A DNA stretch of 32,000 nt from Opitutales bacterium (GCA_965218995.1 CBDCML010000001.1:376943-408942), one strand, 5' to 3'; shown: positions 10,540 through 20,491, counted from the stretch's first letter. Numbers and translations: made by a program. Notes: generated by a model not told the origin, from the sequence alone.

Positions 10540-10652
10540 GTAACAACTCAGGTCTCCATAGCCTGGATCGTCCGAAAGTATGAGAATGAAATGGGGCTTT
10601 GCTTCAAAGATAAAGGCAGAAGGATAATAATAAGAAACGAGAAAATTTTCAT
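10540..10652 (-). pseudogene. Sulfatase N-terminal fragment (signal peptide plus 'ILILSDDPGYGDLSCY' motif), frameshifted and truncated
   Basis: ATG at 10650-10652 (minus strand) gives 'MKIFSFLIIILLP...'. After a frame change, 'KPHFILILSDDPGYGDLSCY' matches the conserved sulfatase N-terminal metal-binding block. No sulfatase sequence follows. Confidence 0.5.
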
Positions 10653-10809
10653 GGGATGGTGATCGAGAGAACTGTAGGAGGGGGTTTATCCCCCGATTGC
10701 GGGGAGGCCATTTGGAAGATCGGGGGATAAACCCCCTCCTACAGTTTCGTAATATGTTATCAATATAACATCCATGCGGACGATTGTTCAGGATACCTGA
10801 GTAGTTACT
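10653..10809 (+). repeat. REPIN-like element copy 1 (hairpin core 10672-10744)
   Basis: CTGTAGGAGGGGGTTTATCCCCCGAT, a 20-nt spacer, then the reverse complement ATCGGGGGATAAACCCCCTCCTACAG. About 160 bp are conserved with the copies at 20707-20865 (inverted) and 29142-29298. Confidence 0.85.
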
Positions 10810-11280
10810 GAAAAAAGGCATAATGGGCTGAAAATTCCCTATTTGGTCAGAGCCATGGCAATCAGGGTGAAATATGGGATAAATCCACAATATGGCTTGA
10901 AATTCGGCGGTGATTTCTATCAGGTCGGAACGTTGCAAACGCCATTTTCTCCCCGGTTTTTTGAGGGCGCATCGGTGGGCAATTTGAATGAATGAGGTTA
11001 AGGTTCCCAGTGGCTCATTTTTTGGAATACTACGTGCGAAAGAGACTTCTCACCGTTCTGCTGACTCTTTTTATCCCGGCCCATCTGCCAGCCGTGGTGG
11101 GGCCCCGATCGGAGGCGGTCGATCCGGGACAATATGGACAGGTCTTTTATGTCGATATAGGGTCCGGGGACGACGTGGTTGGGGATGGCTCGAAATCCAA
11201 ACCCTGGGCCAGCATCATTCACGCGCTGGAGCATTCTGGTCTTCCCCCGATTTTGTGGACACGAACAGCGTAGCGTATGT

Positions 11281-12473
11281 TCATGTTAGGTTATGGTTTT
11301 GATTTTGGAAGTGTTTTTGAAGAAATGCTTCTGGTGAAAGGTATCCCAGGGTGCTGTGCCTTCGACGTTTGTTATAAAAAGTCTCGAGGTAATCGAAGAT
11401 GGCCAGGCGGGCCTGCTGCTTGGATTCGAACACGCCGTTTTGGGGAAAGCATTCGCTTTTGAGGGAGGCAAAGAAGCTCTCGCAAGCGGCGTTGTCGTAA
11501 CAGTATCCTAGCGCGCTCATGCTCTGAATCCAACCAAAGTCGTTCAATTGCTGCCGCACTTGGTGACTGGTATACTGGCAGCCACGATCTGAATGAAAGA
11601 GGGCTTTGTGAAAACCTCCCACTCGATTCCTGGTCTGGTGAAGGGCTGAAACGACCAGACCGGAGGCCAGGCTCTCGGCCACCTTGTAGCCCTGAATTAC
11701 GCGGCCGAAGAGGTCCATCACGACCGCTAGATACAACCAGCCTTGCCGAGTGGGGATGTAGGTGATGTCGCTGACCATGATTTGGCCGGGCCCGGTCGGG
11801 TCCGGAGCCTCGGCCAGACGGTTGGGCGCTGGGAGGCTGCGGGGATCCTGCCGGGTCGTCTTGGGCCGGAAGGGGCTACCCCTACAGGCTTTTAGAGCAT
11901 TTTGCTTCATCAGCCGGGCCACCCGGTTAACCGAGCAGCGAAAACCCCGCTGGTTGAGCTCCACGCTCATGCGAGGACTACCGTAACAGCGGGTGTGCCG
12001 GTCGGCATGGATCCGTTTGATTTCGCTCAGGAGGAGCCGATTTTGGCGGCGGCGCGCTCCCGCCTTACCCCTGCGCCATCGGTAATAACCACTCCTGCTC
12101 ACAGCCAGCGCCTGACAAAGTTCAACCACTCTATAGATTGCCCGCATTTGATCGATCAGCGCATACCCAGCTGCGGGTCCTCGGCCAGTATGCTCGCGGC
12201 TTTTTTTAAGATCTCTCGCTGGCGACGCAGGTAAGCGTTTTCCCGGTTTAGCCGACGGATCTCGCGGGCCATCTCTTCGGGATCGTTCAAGGGGCGGGAA
12301 AGTCCCTGCTGGTCGGAGGGGTCCCCGAAGAGATCCTTGCGCCACTTCCTGAGGCTCCCATCGGAAATCCCCAGTTCACGGGCCACCTGCTTGAGGCTGT
12401 TGTTACTGTGCAAATAGAGTTCAACGGCTCGACGTTTGAACTCCTCATCATAGGTTCTGTGGGTTCTTGGCAT
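11281..12473 (-). CDS. IS3-family transposase OrfAB (orfA 12156-12473, orfB frame 11281-12345)
   Basis: Translation identical to copies 1 and 2. Confidence 0.9.
12201..12207 (-). promoter_or_regulatory. A7 slippery site (-1 frameshift), IS copy 3
   Basis: Run of 7 T on the + strand at the orfA/orfB overlap. Confidence 0.7.
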
Positions 12474-13987
12474 GTCTAATGATCTCTCTCAGACTGCGCT
12501 GTTCGTGTCCACAAAATCGGGGGAGGTTCATTCCGGCTTTGCCGCCTCGAACCACCGGGTGGCCGTGCTCGTTTCCAGAGGCCGCTACCTGCAACCGACC
12601 TTTGTATTGCGCCCGCATGTTCACTTGTATGGAGGCTACGCAAGGCCGGGAGGCGAACGCGACGTCTACGCCCACGCTTCGGTATTGGATGGGAATGGGG
12701 ACCGGCGGATCGTTTTCGGGGCCGATCGGGTCAGGCTGGACGGTTTTCATTTGGTGGATGCACGCATTCGCGGGAAAGGGGCCGCCCTACATTGCGACGG
12801 TGTTTCTCCGACCATAACCAATTGTGTCTTTGTCAACAACCGTACCCTGATCCCGGATCCCTGGGACCCGCCTCTCATCCACGAGACCGGAAATGACGGG
12901 GGAGCCGTCATGATCCTGAACGGAGCCAGGCCCCAAATTTCGCACAACTACTTTTTCAACAACTCCACCGAGTGTGGTCGAGGGGGCGCCTTGGCGGTGG
13001 ATATAGGGGCCAATCCGGTGGTGAAGAACAATGTTTTCGCCAACAACCGTGCCGGCCTGGACGATCCCATGCGCAGTAGCGATGGCGGGGCGGTATCCTG
13101 GTTCGATGGGTCGGGCGGGGAATTTTCCGGGAACGTTGTCGTAGCCAATTCCTCCCTGGCCGACAACGACGCGGGCGGGGTCTTCGTGGCGCTGTGGGCC
13201 GCGCCCGTAATTTCGTCCAATGTCTTTGTGGGCAACTACAGCGACGACGATGCGGGCGGGCTCTTTATCGGAGGGCAGGAACACCGTTACGATGCCCCCC
13301 TGGACCCTTATCCGGCCAAAGAACTGTATAACCTCCTGGTCAAGGGCAATGTGTTTGTGGGAAACCGCAACTCCGTGGACAACTCCGGAGCCATGCGGAT
13401 TACCATGGAGTCACGGCTTCATTTTGTCGGAAACGTAATAGCTGAGAACAAAGGCGGCATGTATCTGCAACGTTCCGAGATCATGGCCGAGAACAACACG
13501 GTCTGGCAGGATTGGAAGTTTCTGGAGGACAAGGAATCCCTCGGGCCCAGTTTTTTTTCGGGAAACATGCTCAAAGGACCGGTGGGGCCGATTGAAGCGC
13601 GGGTTAGGTTTGAGGGAAACATGGTGGAGTCTTCGGTGGGGGATGGGAGTCGAATACCCATTGAGGATATATTTCTGGATGATGCTCTAAGCGGCGAAAT
13701 TCTATCCCTTTCCTTCAATTCTCAAACTTACTCGACCGTTCTGGAAACGGCGGAGCCCCTGTCGGCCGATTTGGCCGGCCGCCCCGTGCGCCTGAGTGAA
13801 GATCACGAGGATGGTCAGTGGGGAGTGATCAAGTCTTGCCGCGGCCGGATGATGGAAGTCTGGGGGGCGGTCAAAGCCACTACTGTCGGGGTGAACGCCT
13901 TCGATGTTATCCGCACCTTTACTTTGAAAGAGGACGCGCCCAAAGGTATGGGCGCCGGGTCCCCTTAATCAACCAACCCCGCCTTCC

Positions 13988-14977
13988 ATGATGTCACGCT
14001 TATATCGAGTTTCCTGTTTTCTGGCTGCTTTGGCGGCGGCTTCCTGTTTTGGGGCGGAGTACTCCGGTCCCAAGCGCATCAACAAAGCCATTGAGTTGTT
14101 GGAAGCCGGCCAACCCATTTACTATACCTACGGCGCTCGTGGAAGTGATGCGCCGCGCACCCTTGAAGAGATGTTCGAGCTGGGGAAATCCCTTTCCGGG
14201 ACCTGGGCCGATCTGATCATGTACGACATGGAGCATTCCGCCCTGGATTTTAATCTCCTGCGGTCTTTCATGTCCGGGTTGCTCGAGGGAGGACCCACTC
14301 CGAGTGGACACCGCACCCCGGCCGTGGTCGTGACTCTGCCCTTGATGGGCCTGGATCCCCCATCGGTGAAAATCAATGGCTGGATGGTTCAGCAGGCCCT
14401 CTCGGCCGGCATCCACGGCGTTCATTTGTGCCGGGCCCGCGATCCCGAGGCGGTGCGGGAGTTCGTCCGGCAAGCCCGTTACCCCGTGCATCGACAGGGA
14501 CTCGATCTGGAAGGGGGGCTCGAGGAAGGTGTCCGGGGCATGGGCAGTGATGGTTTTGCCAGAAAGATCTGGGGGCTTACCCGCGAGGAATATTTTACCG
14601 TGGCCGATACCTGGCCCTTGAACCCACAGGGGGAAATCATGCTTGGGGTGAAAATCGAGGATCCCCATGCCCTGCGCAACTGCGAGGCGACTGCGGTGGT
14701 GGCGGGACTGGCCTTTGTCGAGTCGGGCCCGCGCGATATGGGGTTGTCCTACGGTTACCTGGAAGGCCGGGCCGATCCCCCCTTGCCTCCGGAGGTCATG
14801 GCGGCCAATGAACGTGTTTTGGCCGCGGCCGATGCGGCCGGGGTGGCTTTTCTCAATAACGTTCTGCCCGACAACGTAATTTCCGGTATCGATGGGGGAA
14901 TTGACATAGCGGCTGGAGGCAGCCGGGAGGCCGCGAAGATCGGTCGTAAACACACGGGGCGGGTGATGCCCTGGTAA
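13988..14977 (+). CDS. HpcH/HpaI aldolase / citrate-lyase-like family protein with signal-like N-terminus
   Basis: 'LIMYDMEHSALD', 'GVKIEDPHAL' and 'FVESGPRDMGLSYG' resemble the HpcH/HpaI aldolase fold (from memory). The N-terminal 22 aa look like a signal peptide (VSCFLAALAAASCFGA). Confidence 0.55.
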   Translation: MMSRLYRVSCFLAALAAASCFGAEYSGPKRINKAIELLEAGQPIYYTYGARGSDAPRTLEEMFELGKSLSGTWADLIMYDMEHSALDFNLLRSFMSGLLEGGPTPSGHRTPAVVVTLPLMGLDPPSVKINGWMVQQALSAGIHGVHLCRARDPEAVREFVRQARYPVHRQGLDLEGGLEEGVRGMGSDGFARKIWGLTREEYFTVADTWPLNPQGEIMLGVKIEDPHALRNCEATAVVAGLAFVESGPRDMGLSYGYLEGRADPPLPPEVMAANERVLAAADAAGVAFLNNVLPDNVISGIDGGIDIAAGGSREAAKIGRKHTGRVMPW

Positions 14978-14996
14978 GGAAGTCGAGGATTATATC

Positions 14997-16610
14997 GTGG
15001 AGTTAGCTGTTATCGACTGGGTGGTAGTGCTCATCTACCTGGCGAGCATAGCCAGTATCGGTCTTTACGTCTCCCGCGGACAGCGGACCGTGCGCAAGTT
15101 TTTCACGGCGGACCGTTCCATCCCGTCCTGGGCGGTGGGGTTTACCCTGATGGCTACCATCGTGGGGAGCGGCACCTTTGTCGGGCACCCCGGCACAGCC
15201 TACGGCAAGGGGATGATTCTCTTTCTTCCGCACATGTTGCTGCCGTTGGTGCTCCTGATAGTCGCGGTGTGGATCGTGCCCTTTTACCGGCGGGTGGTGC
15301 AGATGAGCGCCTACGAATTTGTCGGGCGACGATTCGGGCTGGGCGGTCGCATCTATACCTCGCTGGGATTTCTGGCCGACCGCACCTTTGACCTCGGGGT
15401 GACGCTGGTGACGACGGGCATAGCCCTGTATGTCTTTACCGGTTGGGATCCCAAGCATGTCATTCTCGGCACCGGTCTTTTCACCTTGATTTACACCATG
15501 ATCGGGGGCATCACGGCGGTGGCCTGGACCAATGTGGCTCAGGGAATCATTCTGTCGGCCGGGGCGGCGCTCATTCTGATCCGGGTCCTGTTTGCTCCGG
15601 AGATCGGGGATCCTGTGGGCATCATCAAGTCTTCCTGGGAAGCGGGCCGTTATAGTTTTGGTTCCTGGGAGTTTTCCTGGCGCATGCTCTTCGACCGGGA
15701 GACCACCACCATCTGGATCTTCTTCTTCGCTTACTTCATTCAGTGGAGCCGGCGCTATATTACCGATCAGCACATCGTGCAAAACTACCTCATCGGCGAG
15801 TCGGACAAGGCGGCCAGTCGCGGCGCCTTGATGGGGGCGTTTTGCTGCCTGCCCATATTTTTCGCCTTCATGTTCATTGGGGGCAGTTTCTACGGTTTCT
15901 TCGATCTGATGCCCGGTGATGCCGGACCCGTGAAGGCGGATGAGGTCATGCCCTACTTTCTTTCCCGCTACATTCCGGCGGGGGTATTGGGGCTGATTTT
16001 GGCCGCTATCCTGGCGGCGGCCATGTCCTCGGTGAGCGCCGATCTCAACAGCATCGCAACCGTCCTGACCACCGACTACTTTGGAAATATCTTTCCCAAA
16101 GTGAAGGAGAGAACCCGTCTGATATGCGGGAGGCTGTTCGTAATGCTGGGGGGATTATCGGCCTCCACCATAGCGATATTGCTGCTTCCAAAGGATGGAT
16201 CGGTCCCCCTCATGGAACGGGCCATAACCATTGCCACCATCATATCGGGTGGTACCCTGGGTTTGTTCTGTCTCGGTTTTCTGACCCGGCGCGCCACCCG
16301 CACCGGGGTCTACTACGGCATTGGGGCCTGTGTCATTTTTACCTCCTGGGCCCTCTTATCCAAGCCCGACGGGGAGGGCCAGCGCATCTTCGATTTCGGG
16401 TTCAATTGGGAAATGAACTCCATGCTCATCGGGCTCTTTGGTCACTTCATTCTCTTTGGCGTGGGTTACCTGACCAGCCGCCTCTTTGGAGGTTACCGGC
16501 CGGCCCATGTGGAGGAGTTGACCATTCACCAAGTGTATAGATTGAGAAAGGCCGGGAAGGGCGAGGAGGCAAACGGTTCCCGATCCGATCATGGAGAAAT
16601 AGGTGATTAG
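14997..16610 (+). CDS. Sodium:solute symporter (SSS) family transporter
   Basis: GTG start. 537-aa polytopic protein with 'VVLIYLASIASIGLYVSRGQRTVRKFFTADRSIPSW', a typical SSS N-terminus. Confidence 0.8.
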   Translation: MELAVIDWVVVLIYLASIASIGLYVSRGQRTVRKFFTADRSIPSWAVGFTLMATIVGSGTFVGHPGTAYGKGMILFLPHMLLPLVLLIVAVWIVPFYRRVVQMSAYEFVGRRFGLGGRIYTSLGFLADRTFDLGVTLVTTGIALYVFTGWDPKHVILGTGLFTLIYTMIGGITAVAWTNVAQGIILSAGAALILIRVLFAPEIGDPVGIIKSSWEAGRYSFGSWEFSWRMLFDRETTTIWIFFFAYFIQWSRRYITDQHIVQNYLIGESDKAASRGALMGAFCCLPIFFAFMFIGGSFYGFFDLMPGDAGPVKADEVMPYFLSRYIPAGVLGLILAAILAAAMSSVSADLNSIATVLTTDYFGNIFPKVKERTRLICGRLFVMLGGLSASTIAILLLPKDGSVPLMERAITIATIISGGTLGLFCLGFLTRRATRTGVYYGIGACVIFTSWALLSKPDGEGQRIFDFGFNWEMNSMLIGLFGHFILFGVGYLTSRLFGGYRPAHVEELTIHQVYRLRKAGKGEEANGSRSDHGEIGD

Positions 16611-17961
16611 GCGTCCCAACATATTACTGGTCATCGTGGATGATCTGTCGTCCTACCAGTTGGGTTGTTACGGCAGCGGCTATTACGAGACTCCGCATCT
16701 CGATACCTTTGCCGGCCAGGGAATCCGCTTCGACCGTGCCTACGCCACGGGACCGGTCTGCTCTCCGGCCCGGGCCGGGATTTACACGGGGCGCCATCCG
16801 GCCCGTCTGAATTTGACCAACTACATTCCCGGCACCGTTCCCGACAATCCCCGTTTGATTACCCCGGATTGGCAAAAAGGTTTGCCGGTTTACGAGCAAA
16901 CCTTGGGAGATGTTTTCAAGGCTCATGGCTACGAAACCGCTCACATGGGGAAATGGCACCTGGGGAAGGATTACCATTACCAACCGCACCGGCCCATGGA
17001 TCCGGAATCCCATGGCTTCGACGAGGTTTTTGTCACGCGAAAGCCAAAGCCCCACTTCGATCCCGAGGACGATGCCCACAACGTGCAGAAACTGACGGAC
17101 CGCACCATCGAGTTTCTCCGGCGTCCCCGCGACAAGCCGTTCCTGTGTGTGTTGGCTCACAATACCATTCACCGGCCCGAGATGGCTCCCTCGACTTACC
17201 TGAAACGCTTTCAAAACAAGCTTCCTCGGGAGATGGAGTGGATTCATCCGACCCAGGCCGCCATGGTGGCGGAGCTCGACCATACCTTTGGCCGGCTCAT
17301 GCAGGCTCTGGATCAGTCGAATCAGCGAGAGGATACCATTGTGGTTTTTACGGCCGATCACGGCGCCTATGCCGACAGCGGGGTTCGCAAGCCCTGGCGA
17401 GGGGCCAAATCCGACCTATACGAGGGCGGGCTCCGCGTGCCCTTCCTGGTGCGGTGGCCCGGGGGTTTGGATGGGGGCCGCGTCTTTGAAGGGCCCGTTT
17501 CGCTGGTTGACCTGCTTCCCACTTTGGCGGACATGACCGGGACGAGTTTGCCGGAAGTGGAATTGGATGGGCAAAACCTGCTTCCCGCTCTTTTCGGTGG
17601 GAGGGGAAATAATGAACCGGAAGCTTTTTTCTGGCATTATCCTCACTATCATCACACCGGTCTGGGGCCTTGTGGTTCGGTGCTCCGGGGAAGGCACAAA
17701 TTGATTGAGTGGTTTGAAGGAAGTATGGGCAACTCAAATGCGGTCTCGGCTTTTGAACTCTTCGACCTGGAGGAGGATCCCTGGGAGAAAAACGATCTGG
17801 CCGGGGAATATCCGGAGTTGGTGGAGGCCCTGTCCGCGAGTTTGCGGGGCTGGCGCCGCCGGGTCGGGGCTCAGGAAATGGCGCCGAATCCCGCATTTGA
17901 TGAAGGAAGCGGGGGGCAACGGGCCGAACCTCCTCCCGGGGATGGAAGGGTAACCCTTTGA
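16603..17961 (+). CDS. Cys-type sulfatase (arylsulfatase family), no signal peptide
   Basis: 'PNILLVIVDDL' and the formylglycine signature 'CSPARAGIYTGRHP' (C-x-P-x-R) are present. The start overlaps the symporter stop by 8 nt. Confidence 0.85.
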   Translation: MIRRPNILLVIVDDLSSYQLGCYGSGYYETPHLDTFAGQGIRFDRAYATGPVCSPARAGIYTGRHPARLNLTNYIPGTVPDNPRLITPDWQKGLPVYEQTLGDVFKAHGYETAHMGKWHLGKDYHYQPHRPMDPESHGFDEVFVTRKPKPHFDPEDDAHNVQKLTDRTIEFLRRPRDKPFLCVLAHNTIHRPEMAPSTYLKRFQNKLPREMEWIHPTQAAMVAELDHTFGRLMQALDQSNQREDTIVVFTADHGAYADSGVRKPWRGAKSDLYEGGLRVPFLVRWPGGLDGGRVFEGPVSLVDLLPTLADMTGTSLPEVELDGQNLLPALFGGRGNNEPEAFFWHYPHYHHTGLGPCGSVLRGRHKLIEWFEGSMGNSNAVSAFELFDLEEDPWEKNDLAGEYPELVEALSASLRGWRRRVGAQEMAPNPAFDEGSGGQRAEPPPGDGRVTL

Positions 17962-20423
17962 AAGGAAGAGGCACGGGGTCAGCCCTGGTATTGAAGCGCC
18001 GGCGCTTCAATACCAGGGCTGACCCCGTCTTTCTTCTGGCGGCGTTGCTCCTGTTGTCCGGCACCGTGGCCAGGGCCGAGACGGTGGCACTGTGGTTGTT
18101 TGACGAGCAGGAAGGCCTTTATCCCAGTTGTCCGCTGTCGGACGCAACTCCCCGGGGCTTGCATTTGATATTGGGGCGGGGTGGGTCCATCGTGCCAGGG
18201 AAGTTTGGCGGGGCCCTTGGCGCGGTCGAGCCGGAGGATTGGGAACCGGTTTATGAACCCTCCAGTGAGGAAACGCTCATCCGCTTCGGTCTGGAGGCTC
18301 CGGAGCTCCAATCGGGCCGCACGGTGGAACCTCTGACTTGGTTCAATAACCGCTTTGCCGCCCTGTTTACCAATGGGAATGGCCACTTGCGGCGGCTCAA
18401 GTTTAAAAATGCCACCCAGACACCTCTTAATCTCGGGTCTGATGACTGGACGGTGGAATTCTGGTTGAAGCTGGACGAGAGGGCCGATGGGGAGGGGGTA
18501 GTATTCGAAATTGGCAGTGGACCGCGGGGAGAAAATGATCGGGTGACCCGGCTTTCCGTCATTCCGGAGATGAATCTGCTCCGTTTCTACAACCGGGCTG
18601 GAGGTGAGACGGCGGAACTCCGTTCCAAGGAAACATTGGGAAAGGGGTGGAATCACCATGCCCTCACCCATGAAAATAGTCGGCTGATTTGGTATCTCAA
18701 CGGTGAAGCTGTGGCCGAAGCATCGGCCCAGTTACAGGCGCTATCCGTTGGGGAAGAGGCCTACTTTACCGTGGCCCGGGACGGACATTGGAACCGACCC
18801 CTACCCGGGGCTATGGATGAGTTCCGGTTTTCTGACAGTGTCGATTATACCGGGTCTTTTACTCCTCCCGACAGTTACTCGCGCCTGCACAAGTCAGGCA
18901 GGAAGCCTTATTCCTTAAAGAAAGGAGGGGAACTCCTCTATCCGGACAACAGGGCTCCTTATGGAGTGGTGGAAATGGGGACCCGCAAGCATCTCTTCCT
19001 CGATGACGTCCTTCTGGCCGAGAATGATGGGGTGCGGCTGATCCCGCATCCGGCCAGATTGGAAGAAATTGTCCTGGATAGGGGAATCGGTTGGTCCACG
19101 GTGATTGAGGGGGAAGACGGACTCATACGGCTTTTCGGTGAAGGTGCAGGAGGGGTCGCCGTTTGGACCTCCCGGGATGGACTTCATTTCGAAACTCCGG
19201 ATTTGGGCCATGGCCGGGGCAACCAAGTCATTCCTGGGCCGGCCAAAGCCGGTTCCGTTTTCATTGATCCCAATGGTCCGCCTGAGGAACGATGGAAAGC
19301 GCTGGTAGGGCTGCACGATCGGGGGGGCTGGTACATTTGGACGTCACCCGACGGGTGGTCTTTTCAACGCGGCGAAACGGCCGCACTGCCCTTCTGGCCC
19401 GGATCTGCTTCGACCCTTTTCTACGATGACCAGCGGCAAGTGTATGTGGGGCATCATCGGTCCGACTACGGTTCGACTCCCTCAGGGCGGACCGAGCGGT
19501 ATTTTGTGCTGACGGAAGTCACGGACCTTTTCGGGGCTTGGGAATTTGAGCCGACCACACGGGAAAAGGCTTTGCGAATGCACCGGGACCGTCCCCTGAA
19601 GGTGGAGCAATGGGATCCTTGGTGGTTGGACAATGGGCCTCTGGCGCCTCCGGGATTCGGTATCGAGTTTCCCATAGCCATGGGCCGGGATCCGGACCTG
19701 GATCCGGTGGCGACCGATCTCTACAACACCCGGGCCATGAAATACCCATGGGCGGAGGACGCTTACCTGGCCTTTCCGCTCTGGTTTTTCCATTACCAGG
19801 GAGACGGGCCGCAGGCCCGGCAGATTCTGGCCCATCCCAGCCGGGAAATGGGTACCGGCATGGTGGAACCACAGTTGGCGGTCAGCCGCGATGGATTGAA
19901 CTGGAAACGGTATCCGCGGCCGGCCTACCTGCCCATTGGAGACCATAAAGGTTTCCCGGTAAGGCGGCCCTATCTGGCCCATGGCATGGTTCGCCGGGGA
20001 AATGAAATTTACCAGTATTCCTATACGCGGGCCTCCTATCACGATGCCTGGACCAATGATGCGCCCAGCCCGGTAACCCATCGGCTGACCCAGCGATTGG
20101 ACGGGTTTGTTTCCCTTCGCACCCCTTACACGGGAGGCAGCTTCACCACCATTCCCCTTACCTTCACGGGAAGTGTTTTGGTTTTGAATATCGACACCGG
20201 GGCCACTGGTTATGCCCAGGTGAGTATCCTCGATGAAAGGGGGAATGCCATCCCGGGATACGCTTTGGAGGATTGTATCTACATTAATTCCAATTCGGTG
20301 GCCCAACCGGTGGAGTGGTTGGAAAAGGGAACGGATCTCACCGCCCTGGCCGGAAAAACGGTCCGGCTGGTTTTCCACATGCGGGGAACGGATCTCTATT
20401 CCCTGCAGTTTGTCGAGAAATGA
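17958..20423 (+). CDS. LamG-domain plus Asp-box (BNR-like) beta-propeller protein, putative glycoside hydrolase
   Basis: TTG start overlapping the sulfatase TGA. Signal-like 'VFLLAALLLLSGTVARA'. LamG hallmarks ('DDWTVEFWLKLD', 'MDEFRFSD'). Asp-box-like 'TSRDGLHF', 'TSPDGWSF' and 'VSRDGLNW'. The exact start is uncertain because of the palindrome. Confidence 0.7.
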   Translation: MKGRGTGSALVLKRRRFNTRADPVFLLAALLLLSGTVARAETVALWLFDEQEGLYPSCPLSDATPRGLHLILGRGGSIVPGKFGGALGAVEPEDWEPVYEPSSEETLIRFGLEAPELQSGRTVEPLTWFNNRFAALFTNGNGHLRRLKFKNATQTPLNLGSDDWTVEFWLKLDERADGEGVVFEIGSGPRGENDRVTRLSVIPEMNLLRFYNRAGGETAELRSKETLGKGWNHHALTHENSRLIWYLNGEAVAEASAQLQALSVGEEAYFTVARDGHWNRPLPGAMDEFRFSDSVDYTGSFTPPDSYSRLHKSGRKPYSLKKGGELLYPDNRAPYGVVEMGTRKHLFLDDVLLAENDGVRLIPHPARLEEIVLDRGIGWSTVIEGEDGLIRLFGEGAGGVAVWTSRDGLHFETPDLGHGRGNQVIPGPAKAGSVFIDPNGPPEERWKALVGLHDRGGWYIWTSPDGWSFQRGETAALPFWPGSASTLFYDDQRQVYVGHHRSDYGSTPSGRTERYFVLTEVTDLFGAWEFEPTTREKALRMHRDRPLKVEQWDPWWLDNGPLAPPGFGIEFPIAMGRDPDLDPVATDLYNTRAMKYPWAEDAYLAFPLWFFHYQGDGPQARQILAHPSREMGTGMVEPQLAVSRDGLNWKRYPRPAYLPIGDHKGFPVRRPYLAHGMVRRGNEIYQYSYTRASYHDAWTNDAPSPVTHRLTQRLDGFVSLRTPYTGGSFTTIPLTFTGSVLVLNIDTGATGYAQVSILDERGNAIPGYALEDCIYINSNSVAQPVEWLEKGTDLTALAGKTVRLVFHMRGTDLYSLQFVEK
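17975..18026. repeat. Perfect 52-bp palindrome (26-bp arms, no loop)
   Basis: GGGGTCAGCCCTGGTATTGAAGCGCC followed directly by GGCGCTTCAATACCAGGGCTGACCCC. It lies 14 nt after the sulfatase stop and inside the predicted N-terminus of the next ORF. Confidence 0.95.
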
Positions 20424-20491
20424 CCCCTTCCCTCGCGCTTAAAAAATTACCACAGAGAACCCAGAGGACACAGAGGGGGGTGTAGAATGAT

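Larger units (their letters stand above)
11237..12530 (-). mobile_element. IS3-family insertion sequence, copy 3 (1,294 bp)
   Basis: Same sequence as copies 1 and 2. 3-bp direct repeat TTC at 11234-11236 and 12531-12533. Confidence 0.92.
10992..13968 (+). pseudogene. Right-handed parallel beta-helix repeat protein, disrupted by IS3 copy 3
   Basis: The N-terminal piece 10992-11236 ('...DGSKSKPWASIIHALEH') joins the piece from 12531 on ('SGFAASNHRVAVLVSRGRY...NNR...NNS...NN' beta-helix repeats). Removing the IS plus one copy of the 3-bp duplication (1,297 bp) restores a continuous frame. Confidence 0.8.

Noticed and set aside
10453-10938. 161-aa ORF in the symporter / beta-helix intergenic region
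   Set aside because: It reads through the REPIN-like hairpin and the sulfatase stub, so it is a composite of a repeat and a pseudogene fragment.
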